A stretch of 64,000 nt of DNA from IMG/VR virus record IMGVR_UViG_2671180037_000003, positions 2,401-66,400 of that record; one strand, given 5' to 3'. The position numbers and the translations under genes were made by a program. How positions within the stretch are numbered: the first letter of the stretch is position 1; each line of letters starts with the position of its first letter. The DNA comes from a virus. Lineage: Duplodnaviria; Caudoviricetes. The notes beneath the pieces were generated by a model that saw only the letters and a program-made list of their open reading frames with translations, had not been told where the DNA came from and ran no database searches. This document shows, piece after piece, positions 37,186 through 45,811 of this stretch.

Positions 37186-37598
37186 GCCCGGATACCCACG
37201 AAGTTCAGCGCACGGATGGCCTCGGCACGCGTCTCGCCGTAGCGCTGCATGCGCAACCAGGTGTGGACGTTCGGATAGTCGAGGGTGGAATGGTTGTGCC
37301 AGAAGTTGCGCGGGATCTCGCGATTGAAGTTCGCCAGATCCACGTCGTAGTAGGTCTCAAGCGCGCGGTGGACGCCGAAGGCGTTGTTCCAGACCTGCAT
37401 GGGATAACCGACACCATCCCACGGCAGTACCTGGTGGACGACCTGGCCGCCAATGAAGCCTCCCGGGCAATGCCCGATATACGAAGCGACCTCGCCAGCC
37501 AGCACGTAAGGCGAGCGCGTCGACTGAAGCGCGGGCACCACAAAGCCGGCCGCAGCCGCGCCGGCCATAAGCTTCAGCAAAGAGCGGCGAGTGATCAT
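37182..37598 (-). CDS. hypothetical protein with Tat-like signal
   Basis: MITRRSLLKLMAGAAAAGFVVP. Confidence 0.6.
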   Translation of the reverse strand: MITRRSLLKLMAGAAAAGFVVPALQSTRSPYVLAGEVASYIGHCPGGFIGGQVVHQVLPWDGVGYPMQVWNNAFGVHRALETYYDVDLANFNREIPRNFWHNHSTLDYPNVHTWLRMQRYGETRAEAIRALNFVGIRA

Positions 37599-37753
37599 GC
37601 CGGCACCTCGCTCGCCTTGGTAAGGGGAACGTAGCCGTCACCTCGCAGAGGCATGAGATTCCTTTCCACTACGCATTTCCCGATGTTCTCTGGCCGGCTA
37701 CCGCCGATGATCAGCGCCAGATCGCCCGGTTTGAAGCGACGCGACTCACTCAT
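37595..37753 (-). CDS. 52-aa phage protein, possibly internally deleted (not in the ORF track)
   Basis: MSESRRFKPGDLALIIGGSRPENIGKCVVERNLMPLRGD...; overlaps both neighbours. Confidence 0.55.
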   Translation of the reverse strand: MSESRRFKPGDLALIIGGSRPENIGKCVVERNLMPLRGDGYVPLTKASEVPA

Positions 37754-37964
37754 GGCGGCGATCCCCTGGCAAGCAGGACATCGCCTTCTGCCCAGCAGAC
37801 GTGACCACTACGCAGGTTGCGTCGATGGTTTCGTTGTAGAAGGTCCCGACAGTGTCATCGCTGCCGAGCACGCCGATCAGGTGAACTACGATGGCAACAG
37901 ATGCCAGGACAGAGAGCGCCAGCGACGCGCACGCGGTGGCGTTGGATTGGCGCGAATCACCCAT
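37746..37964 (-). CDS. small membrane-anchored protein
   Basis: N-terminal TM, TCVV...MSCLP; coupled in the operon. Confidence 0.6.
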   Translation of the reverse strand: MGDSRQSNATACASLALSVLASVAIVVHLIGVLGSDDTVGTFYNETIDATCVVVTSAGQKAMSCLPGDRRHE

Positions 37965-38835
37965 GGCTCACCCCACCCGCCAGCACATGCCCGTGTGGCA
38001 CGCGGAAGCCCGAGGCGTTGCGGTGCCCGCCGCCGCCGTACTGCTCGGAGATGGCGCCGACGTCCACGCCGTTGTCGCTGCTGCGCAAGCTGAACACGCG
38101 CTCCTCCGCCGCGTCGTAGTAGGTCGCCGCGAAGGGTTCGCCTTCGAGCAGCACGTGGCCCACATCGCTGGCCATGGTGTACGGCGCGTTGACCACCGGC
38201 ACGTCGTGGTCGCCGATCATCATCCGGCGCAGCGAGGAGCGGATCACGGCGGCAACGTCCTGGCGCTGCTTGCGCTCGATCGCCTTGCCATCCTGCAGCA
38301 ACTGGCGCACGCCGCCCTCCATGAAGTGCGCCCACACCTCGAATTCCTGCGGATAGCTGAACAGGCCAGCCATCACCTCGCGTGTGGCGCTCAGCGAGAA
38401 GCGCCACAGATCGCGGTCCTCGATGTAATCGACCAGTGCCGGGCGACCCCAGCCAGGGTTCAGGAAATCCCACGTCAGGCCCGCTCCGCTGCGCCGAATG
38501 TCGAAGATGGCCGAAAGCCGCAGCTCTCTCTGGCGCCATGCGTGATAGCCCATCGGCGCCTCCGGCAGCGCCGCCAGCGCCTCGGCCGCCGTCTTGTGGT
38601 GATCGATCACCAGCACTTGCTCGGCAACGTCCGCCATCGCCTGCAACGTTTCCAGTGGGTAGGAAAAGTCCACCACCAGCACCACCGCGCCGGCGACATC
38701 CGGCGGCGCCGAACCGTACTTGGCCGGGTGAAACTCCACGTCGCGCCCCAGCGCGCGCCACACCGCATAGGCGGCGCCGAAACCATCAGCGCAGCCGCCG
38801 TGGTAGATGCAGATCACGCGTTCTTGTTCAGCCAT
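37957..38835 (-). CDS. DHH/DHHA1 phosphoesterase
   Basis: IYHGGCADG, VVDFS, IDHHKT, DRDLW, GGGGHRNASGF. Confidence 0.9.
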   Translation of the reverse strand: MAEQERVICIYHGGCADGFGAAYAVWRALGRDVEFHPAKYGSAPPDVAGAVVLVVDFSYPLETLQAMADVAEQVLVIDHHKTAAEALAALPEAPMGYHAWRQRELRLSAIFDIRRSGAGLTWDFLNPGWGRPALVDYIEDRDLWRFSLSATREVMAGLFSYPQEFEVWAHFMEGGVRQLLQDGKAIERKQRQDVAAVIRSSLRRMMIGDHDVPVVNAPYTMASDVGHVLLEGEPFAATYYDAAEERVFSLRSSDNGVDVGAISEQYGGGGHRNASGFRVPHGHVLAGGVSHG

Positions 38836-39613
38836 GGTTGGCTCCTTGTCGATTCAGTCCCATCCGCTTCAGCAGCTGCTCCCGGGCGCCCTGCCCGGTG
38901 CCTGCCAGCCCTTCCCGCTCCAGCCGCTCCCGCATCTGCTGCTCCGCGTGCTCTTCGTGCACCTGGGCGGCCGGCTTGCTGCCGTCGTGCGCCAGGGCCA
39001 GGCGTGGCGGGGTGAGTTCCTCGCCGCAGGCCACCTGCAGCACCAGTTGCTCGTAGTGCGCCTCGAAGGCTTTGCGCAGCGCGGCGGTGCGGTAGCCATC
39101 GGCGGTGCGCAGGTCGTGCGCGCCGGTAGCGATCGCGGCGATCTTCACCGCCGGGTGGCTCCAGCGGTGCCGGGCGTTCATCGCGTGGCTCACGGCCTCG
39201 CGGTAGGCTGCGTCCATTGTCGGCAGCCCCACAGCCTCGGGCCGGGGCAGGCACAGCGCCAGGAAGTCCCCGTAGCTGGGCAGGCTCTTGCTGGCCCGCC
39301 CCACCTGGTGCTCGGCGCCGAGGCGCATCAGCGCCAAGTCGAACAACGGCTTCGGCACCTTGGCCAAGCCCATGCGCATCCAGCTCGCCTTGGCCGCGCG
39401 CAGCTTCGCCGGGTCGCCGGCGGGGAACTCGAAGCGGAAGGCCGTCGCCAGGCCTAGATCGGTCTGCAGCGTGGCGAACACCAGGTTCACCCGCGCCGCC
39501 AGTTCGGCGCTGTCACAGAACGTCGATCCCATCGGCCCAGCTGGTGTCGGTGAGGTTTTCGGCGAGGGTGATGCTGCGGCCAGCAGCGCCGCCACGGGTT
39601 GGGGTCGAGTCAT
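38828..39613 (-). CDS. replication protein P-like
   Basis: PSYGDFLALC..GLP...AYREA...WSHPAV. Confidence 0.8.
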   Translation of the reverse strand: MTRPQPVAALLAAASPSPKTSPTPAGPMGSTFCDSAELAARVNLVFATLQTDLGLATAFRFEFPAGDPAKLRAAKASWMRMGLAKVPKPLFDLALMRLGAEHQVGRASKSLPSYGDFLALCLPRPEAVGLPTMDAAYREAVSHAMNARHRWSHPAVKIAAIATGAHDLRTADGYRTAALRKAFEAHYEQLVLQVACGEELTPPRLALAHDGSKPAAQVHEEHAEQQMRERLEREGLAGTGQGAREQLLKRMGLNRQGANHG

Positions 39614-40400
39614 GGGTTGCTCCAGCGGCCAGCGTGGCCCGATTGCGCACGGCGTGCTGCACCAGGCGGCGGCACCAGTCGGCGTGGGTGAATTCGTGAG
39701 GTTGGGTGAGCCAGTAGCCGGTGAACTCGCCGACTAGCGCCGGCGTGATCGCCTCCAGCGCCAGCCCGGCGGTGCGCAGCGGAAAGCGCAGGTTCACCTC
39801 GTCGGGCTGCCAGGCCGCATGCATCTCGAACCGCCGACGCCGGTCCTCACCGGAGGTAGCGTTAGCTACCGAAGGTGAAGATGAAGAAGAAGAGGAAGAT
39901 GTAGAGCCGTCACTTTCGTGCGGGGTGGGTGCTGCCTTGGGTGCTGCACCCTTGCCCGCACCAAAGCCCCCCTTGGGTGAAGGGTTGGGGTCATCACCAT
40001 TGCTCGCACCAAAGCGCGAACTCTCCCCCCGCTTGGTGCGCACATACTCGTCACGCACCATGCGCGGCGAGTACCAGATCGGCCCGGCCTGGGCGGCGAT
40101 CAGCTCCACCGGCTCGCCCTGCTTCCGCCCGCTCACTGGCGTGTAGATCATCGGCTCGCACTGGCCGGCCTCGGCGCCGTACAGCACGCCCTTCTCCACC
40201 AGCTCGCGCACCAGCGCAATAGGGGCGCCCAGGGCCTGGGCTATCTCCTTGAGGGACCACCGCAGCACGCCGTAGTGGTCGCTGTCATGCATCAGCCCCA
40301 TCAGCTCGATCCACACGCCCCGGGCACCCCAGCTGCAGCGCCGCAGCTTCGCGTTGTTGCGCCAGTCGGCCGGGTAGAACTGGAAGGCTGGGCGCTTCAC
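39513..40400 (-). CDS. replication initiator (O-like, DnaT-like C-terminus)
   Basis: KRPAFQFYPADW, Ser-rich linker, FEMHAAWQP...EF..YW. Confidence 0.82.
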   Translation of the reverse strand: MKRPAFQFYPADWRNNAKLRRCSWGARGVWIELMGLMHDSDHYGVLRWSLKEIAQALGAPIALVRELVEKGVLYGAEAGQCEPMIYTPVSGRKQGEPVELIAAQAGPIWYSPRMVRDEYVRTKRGESSRFGASNGDDPNPSPKGGFGAGKGAAPKAAPTPHESDGSTSSSSSSSSPSVANATSGEDRRRRFEMHAAWQPDEVNLRFPLRTAGLALEAITPALVGEFTGYWLTQPHEFTHADWCRRLVQHAVRNRATLAAGATHDSTPTRGGAAGRSITLAENLTDTSWADGIDVL

Positions 40401-41179
40401 AGCCGCCCCCTGGCCGAGTACTCCTCAGTCACCACCGTGCGCCGCACCAGCTGCGCCGGCACCGGCAGGCGCTCCAGCACGTCGGCCGGGCGATCCTCGA
40501 GCAGCAGGTGGCCCATGCCGACCACCAACCGCTCGCAGATGCCGTCCACCACCTCATTGAACTGCGGCACCGTCTCCAGGCCGCGGCGCTGGCATTCCTC
40601 CCAGATGCGCCGCTCCGCCAGGCTGATCTGCGCCAGCGCGTGGTGGCTCATGCGGTCGCGCGGCGTGCCGCTCTCCATCCCGTAGAGCTTGCGCAGCGCC
40701 TTGGCCGTACCCGCCACGCCACCGGTAAGCGCGCGGTAGATGCGGTTGGTGGCGTTCTCGTGCGCCCAGCGGCGCTGGTTCTCGCTGCCGTCCAGGGTGC
40801 CGATGTAGTCGTGCAGGCTCTTGAACATCGCCTTGCCGATGCGGCGCTGTTCCGACCACGCCGCGTCACGGCCACCTGTCACGGCGTGTTGTTTTGCAGC
40901 GTCCTCCAGCTCGCGCCAGCGGCGGATCACCTTCATCCGCAACGGCGCGCTGTAGCCGGTAAGCAGGCAATCCGTGTGGTCCCGGTCCAGCCGGTACTCG
41001 GTTTGCGTGCGCTTCGCCGAGTCCAGGTAGATGCATCCAAACTTGGATGCATCCTCTTCCAGGTCCTTCAGCAGCACCTCGATGTCGCGCTTCACGTGGA
41101 AGTGCTTTTTCCCGGTCAGCTCGGCAATCTCCCGGCTCGACATCGTCAGCGGGTTGTCGCTCTTGGTCACTTGGCTCAT
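40397..41179 (-). CDS. Rha family regulator
   Basis: TMSSREIAELTGK.H.HV.RDI, LLTGYS..LR.KVI.RW.ELE. Confidence 0.88.
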   Translation of the reverse strand: MSQVTKSDNPLTMSSREIAELTGKKHFHVKRDIEVLLKDLEEDASKFGCIYLDSAKRTQTEYRLDRDHTDCLLTGYSAPLRMKVIRRWRELEDAAKQHAVTGGRDAAWSEQRRIGKAMFKSLHDYIGTLDGSENQRRWAHENATNRIYRALTGGVAGTAKALRKLYGMESGTPRDRMSHHALAQISLAERRIWEECQRRGLETVPQFNEVVDGICERLVVGMGHLLLEDRPADVLERLPVPAQLVRRTVVTEEYSARGRL

Positions 41180-41219
41180 AATCGCTCCAGTGAATGTTGT
41201 GTTGCGTTGTGTTGTTGAA

Positions 41220-41247
41220 GAAGCCGGGCTGCCACCCGGCTTTTTTG
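41220..41247. terminator. terminator-like hairpin (tR-like)
   Basis: AAGCCGGG/CCCGGCTT hairpin with T-rich tails on both strands. Confidence 0.6.
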
Positions 41248-41257
41248 TGCCTGCGAT

Positions 41258-41881
41258 TCAGCTCACCACGTGCAGGGTGTTTACCCCGCGGTGCGCGGCC
41301 AGCTCGTTCTCCATCCTCCGGCGCATCTCGTGCGCTCGGCTCTCCACCGCCAGCAGTGCGGCGATCGCGTTCGGCAGCAGCGGCAGGTCGCTCGCATCGA
41401 TCTTCCCGTCCGCCAGCACCGCGCCGGCGTGCTCCACCACCTCGCCCAGGCGCACCACCAGTTGGCCGAAGGCGTTGATCGGGCAGCCCTCCGTGCCGGC
41501 CGCGCGCGCGCCGATCAGCCCGTGCCGCGCCGCCAGCTCGTTCAGGCAGCGCTCGCGGTACTCGGCGTCCAACGCCTGCACCCAGGCCTCTTCCACCCAG
41601 GCCGGCAGCTCCACGTCGCCGCCAAGCCAGCGCTGCACCTTCTTCAGCCACGCGCCGGCCTTGGTCAGGTACGCCGCGGCGTCGCCGGTCTTATCCATCG
41701 CTTGCAGGTCGGGCACCCCCTTCTCCGCCGCGCGCACCGGCACCAGCCGATACAGCTCGCGGTTCAGCGCGTGGGCGAAGTGGTCTTGGCTGAAGCTCGT
41801 GCGCGCGATCATCTCGGCGGCGTGCGCCACCAGCACCTGGTCGCGGCTCTCTGCGGTATGTCGTGGACTGGACGTGTTCAT
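41258..41881 (-). CDS. CII-position regulatory protein
   Basis: Downstream of cro; VLADGKID..D motif. Confidence 0.65.
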   Translation of the reverse strand: MNTSSPRHTAESRDQVLVAHAAEMIARTSFSQDHFAHALNRELYRLVPVRAAEKGVPDLQAMDKTGDAAAYLTKAGAWLKKVQRWLGGDVELPAWVEEAWVQALDAEYRERCLNELAARHGLIGARAAGTEGCPINAFGQLVVRLGEVVEHAGAVLADGKIDASDLPLLPNAIAALLAVESRAHEMRRRMENELAAHRGVNTLHVVS

Positions 41882-42008
41882 GGGGCGGCGCACCTCGTAC
41901 GCTGGATTCATGGAAAAGCGGATAGGGATTTCACCCGTGCAGAAAGAAGCCCTTCACCGAGCATCAAGGCGTACGGTCAAAGCCGCCGGCCTTGTGCAGC
42001 CCACCTGG

Positions 42009-42215
42009 CTAGGCACCAGCTGCTTCGCGGCTCAAGTGCTCTTCGTACATGGCGTCGATCGCGACACCCACCGAGTAGCTGGGGTTGGCAATCTCCCCAT
42101 TCCTGATGCGGAAGATCGTCGAGGTATCGCACTTGGCGCGCTCTGCGACCGCCTTGTAGGTCATGGCCCCGCTTAGCAGGGCATTCAATTTGTCTGGCAG
42201 GGCAACGTCGCTCAT
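42009..42215 (-). CDS. Cro-like HTH protein
   Basis: HTH (TYKAVAERAKCDTSTIFRI..G...NPSY), divergent from cI. Confidence 0.85.
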   Translation of the reverse strand: MSDVALPDKLNALLSGAMTYKAVAERAKCDTSTIFRIRNGEIANPSYSVGVAIDAMYEEHLSREAAGA

Positions 42216-42241
42216 ACCATTCCTCCTATGAAGATATGCAC

Positions 42242-42323
42242 ATCTTCATGCACTGGTGCATACATGTCAACGAACTGCTCCCTTGCTGTATGCACCGCGC
42301 AGAAACACTATGCGCGGATGCAT
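42242..42323. promoter_or_regulatory. OR/PR region
   Basis: Operator ATGCACTGGTGCAT at 42248-42261 inside the TTGACA-17 spacer on the minus strand; degenerate copies near 42290 and 42310-42323. Confidence 0.75.
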
Positions 42324-43184
42324 AAAGGTATCGATTCAATCCTCGCGGAACTGATGGCCAAGAACGGCGACAATCAGGTTTCGCTCTCGAAATCGACGGG
42401 CGTCGGCCAGTCGACGCTTTCGCGCATCCTGAAGCCGAATGGCCCGAAAGGGATCAAGAGCCCAACCGATGAGCAGGTCTCGAAGCTTGCTGCCTACTAT
42501 CGAGTGAGCACAGACCAGCTGCGCGGCCGCGTGCCGCTGGACAGCAAGGCTGCCGAAATCAATGCCGAGCCCGAGAACAGCTCGCCGGTTCGATCATCAG
42601 CTGACATCGTGAAGGAGATGCTTGCGAAGCACGGCAAAGCCCTAAGCGAGAGCGCGCGCGAGAAGATAGTGACCGCCGTTGAAGAGGCACAGCCCGATTA
42701 CGTCCCGGCGTCGAATGTCATTACGGGCCATTTTTCCAAGATTGTCCGTATAGGCGAGGGCGACATCCTGATACCCCAATACGATGTGCGCGCGTCCATG
42801 GGACACGGTCAGGTCCCTGCCGAGTATTCGGAGTTCATCCGGAACGTTGCCGTCAACTCGTCCGAGTTCGAGAAGATGGGCCTGGCGTATGAGTCGGCCT
42901 CAAGCCTCGCCATCATCACCGGCTGGGGCCAGTCGATGGAGCCTACGATCAATGACAAAGATCCGCTGATCATCGATCGCAGTGTGGTCGAGTTCTCAGG
43001 CGACGGCGTCTATGTGCTGACCTGGGATGGCGATCTCTACATCAAGCGCCTCCAGAAAGCAGATGTGCCCGATCATCTTGACATGATCTCCGACAATCGG
43101 AATCACAAGGACCGAGTCGTTCCGGTCGACGACGTAAGGATTCACGCCAAGGTTCTCTATATCTGGAACGGAAAGAAAGCCTGA
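42318..43184 (+). CDS. CI repressor (HTH + S24 peptidase)
   Basis: HTH GVGQSTLSRI; SMGHG cleavage region; GQSMEPTI; IKRLQ. Confidence 0.92.
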   Translation: MHKGIDSILAELMAKNGDNQVSLSKSTGVGQSTLSRILKPNGPKGIKSPTDEQVSKLAAYYRVSTDQLRGRVPLDSKAAEINAEPENSSPVRSSADIVKEMLAKHGKALSESAREKIVTAVEEAQPDYVPASNVITGHFSKIVRIGEGDILIPQYDVRASMGHGQVPAEYSEFIRNVAVNSSEFEKMGLAYESASSLAIITGWGQSMEPTINDKDPLIIDRSVVEFSGDGVYVLTWDGDLYIKRLQKADVPDHLDMISDNRNHKDRVVPVDDVRIHAKVLYIWNGKKA

Positions 43185-43272
43185 TACGACAGAGCTAAAA
43201 AGAAGTCCACGCACATTTATTTAGAGCCAAGATTTCCAATCAAATATTTAAAACAAAACCGCATAATCAAGG

Positions 43273-44214
43273 ATGAGTATGGATCACGAAGCAATTTTCG
43301 CCTTTATAAAAGCCAACCCAATTAGTAGCCCAAAAGACTTTTCCAAGATACCGGGTTATACGCCATCAATAGATTTCAGCGAGGGCACGGGCAGGAAGTT
43401 TGCGATAGCATATACCGATTACAGTTTTTCAAAACTCGATGAAACCGTATGCGGTATAGATGGCTGCAAACAGACCCACCAAAATGGTTGGCTCGTAGCG
43501 TCCAGCGACGACCTAATCACCAATATAGGCAAGGATTGCGCAAAAAGGCATTTGAACCTTAATTTCGGCAGCGTCAAAGCTGCGCTAAAAGAAAGACGGA
43601 GAGTCGAATCGAACATAGAAACTATCGGAAAAATTAGAAGCTCCATCAGTGAGCATGAGGAGCGAATAACGAGAATCATTAGGATCGGAGAAGTTCTTTC
43701 GTCCTGCGCATTCCTCTTCAAAAGAGAGATGCGTGATGTAAGTGATAAAGTCTCAGGAATGGCTAGGCGTAAAAATCCTGCAATCACAGTTCCGAAGGCA
43801 TTGAAGGGGCGTGACGCTGATATTTACCTAGAACAAAACAGGCTCCGCAGATCGGATTACCCTGGAGGAATACCTGTAATTGAAGTCCAGATAGGCGTGT
43901 TGGACGGCATCTCGTTCTTCAGGGAGCAGATATCAATAGTAGTGATGCAGAACTTGGTAAAGCCTATTTCTGAAATCCGAGAGCTATCTGCTGAGCAAAT
44001 ATCGGAGATGTCACCTCAACGACTAGACAAAATGTCGAGGATGTCACAGGACGCTTTAAGGGCAATTGAGGTTGCGGAGAGTTTCATAAGCCAAGGTATA
44101 ACTTTTTTCTCCAAATCCAACATAGACAAACTTAGCCTACTCGGGGCTAGTGATTCCGCAAAAGAAAAGCTACTTGGTAAAGCGGAACAGCATCTATATC
44201 CATTGATCAATTAG
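43273..44214 (+). CDS. AT-rich hypothetical protein with Zn-binding motif (rex position)
   Basis: CGIDGCKQTH..G...IGKDC; immediately downstream of cI. Confidence 0.8.
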   Translation: MSMDHEAIFAFIKANPISSPKDFSKIPGYTPSIDFSEGTGRKFAIAYTDYSFSKLDETVCGIDGCKQTHQNGWLVASSDDLITNIGKDCAKRHLNLNFGSVKAALKERRRVESNIETIGKIRSSISEHEERITRIIRIGEVLSSCAFLFKREMRDVSDKVSGMARRKNPAITVPKALKGRDADIYLEQNRLRRSDYPGGIPVIEVQIGVLDGISFFREQISIVVMQNLVKPISEIRELSAEQISEMSPQRLDKMSRMSQDALRAIEVAESFISQGITFFSKSNIDKLSLLGASDSAKEKLLGKAEQHLYPLIN

Positions 44215-44452
44215 CCGCCCCGCTTAGAGGCAAAACTCTATCCAGCTCTAGCATTTCGCTATAGGGAGTAAGAGCTACCCAGAAAACCGCGAGGTTATCT
44301 CTGAGCGGTTCCAGGGGGACACTTTTGTAAAAACATTGATACTTTTCATCCCACTCTGCGATCCGGAAACCATCACATGAGTTGAAGACAACACATTCCT
44401 GCCCATCAGAAGGCTTTTCGAGAGCTGTTCTTTTCCACCGCATGGATGTCAT
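44207..44452 (-). CDS. DUF551-like small protein
   Basis: W....EKP.DGQECVV...W......VFWVAL. Confidence 0.55.
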   Translation of the reverse strand: MTSMRWKRTALEKPSDGQECVVFNSCDGFRIAEWDEKYQCFYKSVPLEPLRDNLAVFWVALTPYSEMLELDRVLPLSGAAN

Positions 44453-44565
44453 AAGTCCGATCTCACCGCCTGTAGTCGTTAATATACAATCGGTCGCTTA
44501 GGAGGCAGATTCGACGCGATCAAGCCCAGCCCCGACGCCTGCTATCTGCCGGAATTCTAGCTTGC

Positions 44566-44874
44566 TCAAAAGGGTGCCTCGTCCTGTAGTGGTACGAATT
44601 CCTTTCGCTCAAAAAGCACGTCGTAGTCGCTCGGCAGCCCCCAGCACAGCGTCACCGATCCGTCCTCGTTCTGGTTGATTGTGACCTCGTCGTTCTCGGC
44701 GATCAGCTCCATCACCGCGGTCCACGCCTCGTCATCGTCGTAGTCCATCCTATGGATGGTCACTGACCGCGCCTCCTGCGCCCTGGGCGAGTTGATCATC
44801 GCCGATACGCGTAGGCCCAAACGCTCCGATGCCGTCAGCGGTTTTTGTTCCTGACGCCCCTTCTGCTTTGCCAT
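44566..44874 (-). CDS. DUF1654 family protein
   Basis: ERLGLRVSAMINSPRAQ..R.V.IHR...D.DEAW; start after AAGGAG. Confidence 0.82.
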   Translation of the reverse strand: MAKQKGRQEQKPLTASERLGLRVSAMINSPRAQEARSVTIHRMDYDDDEAWTAVMELIAENDEVTINQNEDGSVTLCWGLPSDYDVLFERKEFVPLQDEAPF

Positions 44875-44891
44875 CTGCAGCTCCTTATGCA

Positions 44892-44907
44892 CTGTATGTA
44901 AATACAG
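44892..44907. promoter_or_regulatory. LexA box upstream of the DUF1654 gene
   Basis: CTGT-ATGTAAAT-ACAG. Confidence 0.85.
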
Positions 44908-44965
44908 TATTTCGGATCGCCCCTCATCGCAACCCTCCCCCACGTAAAGCTCGCTTAAAAATAAT

Positions 44966-45007
44966 ATGCACTGGTGCATTGACACTATATTTGCACCAGT
45001 GCATATT
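44966..45007 (+). promoter_or_regulatory. PL promoter with two OL operators
   Basis: ATGCACTGGTGCAT (44966-44979) and TTGCACCAGTGCAT (44991-45004); TTGACA(44979)-17-CATATT. Confidence 0.8.
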
Positions 45008-45063
45008 TAATCCCGTCGAGGCGGTAATGCCTTGATGGGTCGAGAGACCCCGGGCTACCGGAA

Positions 45064-45075
45064 CGCTCTTTAAAA
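45064..45075 (+). promoter_or_regulatory. boxA antitermination element (nutL-like)
   Basis: CGCTCTTTAAAA ~50 nt after the PL start. Confidence 0.7.
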
Positions 45076-45389
45076 ACCAGCGCCATGAACAGCTAGCCGT
45101 ACACGCGGCGAGGCAGCCCGAGCGATCTCCTGGCGGGCGAAAGGAATCCAGGGGAAACACAACAGACCGTAGTGCCTCTACCGGCGACCGGCGATCCGAC
45201 AGGCCCGAACGCCTGCCCACGCCAGGACAACCCTGGACGGCGGATCGAGGGCGAAACGCCCGAACCGCGCGAACGACCCGGCACGCACTGCGCCCCGCCC
45301 ACCGGGCGGCAATGAGCACCACCACCGCATCACTGATGCGCCTTGGCAACAGGGCGCATTGGGATGCCAACCCAAGAGAGAGTAACGAC

Positions 45390-45722
45390 ATGACCCAAGC
45401 GACAACGATTGAAGGCCTGAAGGTGACGGTAGGCGGCACCGAGCTTCGGGACCTCTGCGCCAAGCAGGCTGCGTTCCACGCAGAGCGCGCTGTGAAGTAC
45501 TCCCAGCAGCACGCCAGCCTCGAAGACGCCCAGATCGAAGCAATGCACTACACCAACGGCGACCCCAAGAAAGCCATCGCCGACAAGCAGGCCGAGCACG
45601 AGAACAAGGCGCGCGAACTCACCTTCATCGCGGAGCACATCAAGCTGGACTGCGAGTACCTGCTGGACCGCAGTGCGCTGGCAGAAATCGGCGTCATCCG
45701 CTCGAGCCGATTTCTCTTCTAG
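45390..45722 (+). CDS. hypothetical protein (first PL gene)
   Basis: 110 aa, ATG after GAGAGAG. Confidence 0.7.
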   Translation: MTQATTIEGLKVTVGGTELRDLCAKQAAFHAERAVKYSQQHASLEDAQIEAMHYTNGDPKKAIADKQAEHENKARELTFIAEHIKLDCEYLLDRSALAEIGVIRSSRFLF

Positions 45723-45811
45723 CTTAGAGCGCCTGCGGAAGAGATTGAGCTGAGCGCAAGCATCACCGGGCGTCCAAGCGATTGGGTGCCCGGTATCGCA
45801 GATAGGCGGGC

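Noticed and set aside
45285-45315. Solitary CRISPR repeat (RNA anti-CRISPR)
   Set aside because: Only loose similarity to type I-C repeats; lacks conserved ends. No CRISPR array or cas genes seen anywhere in the window
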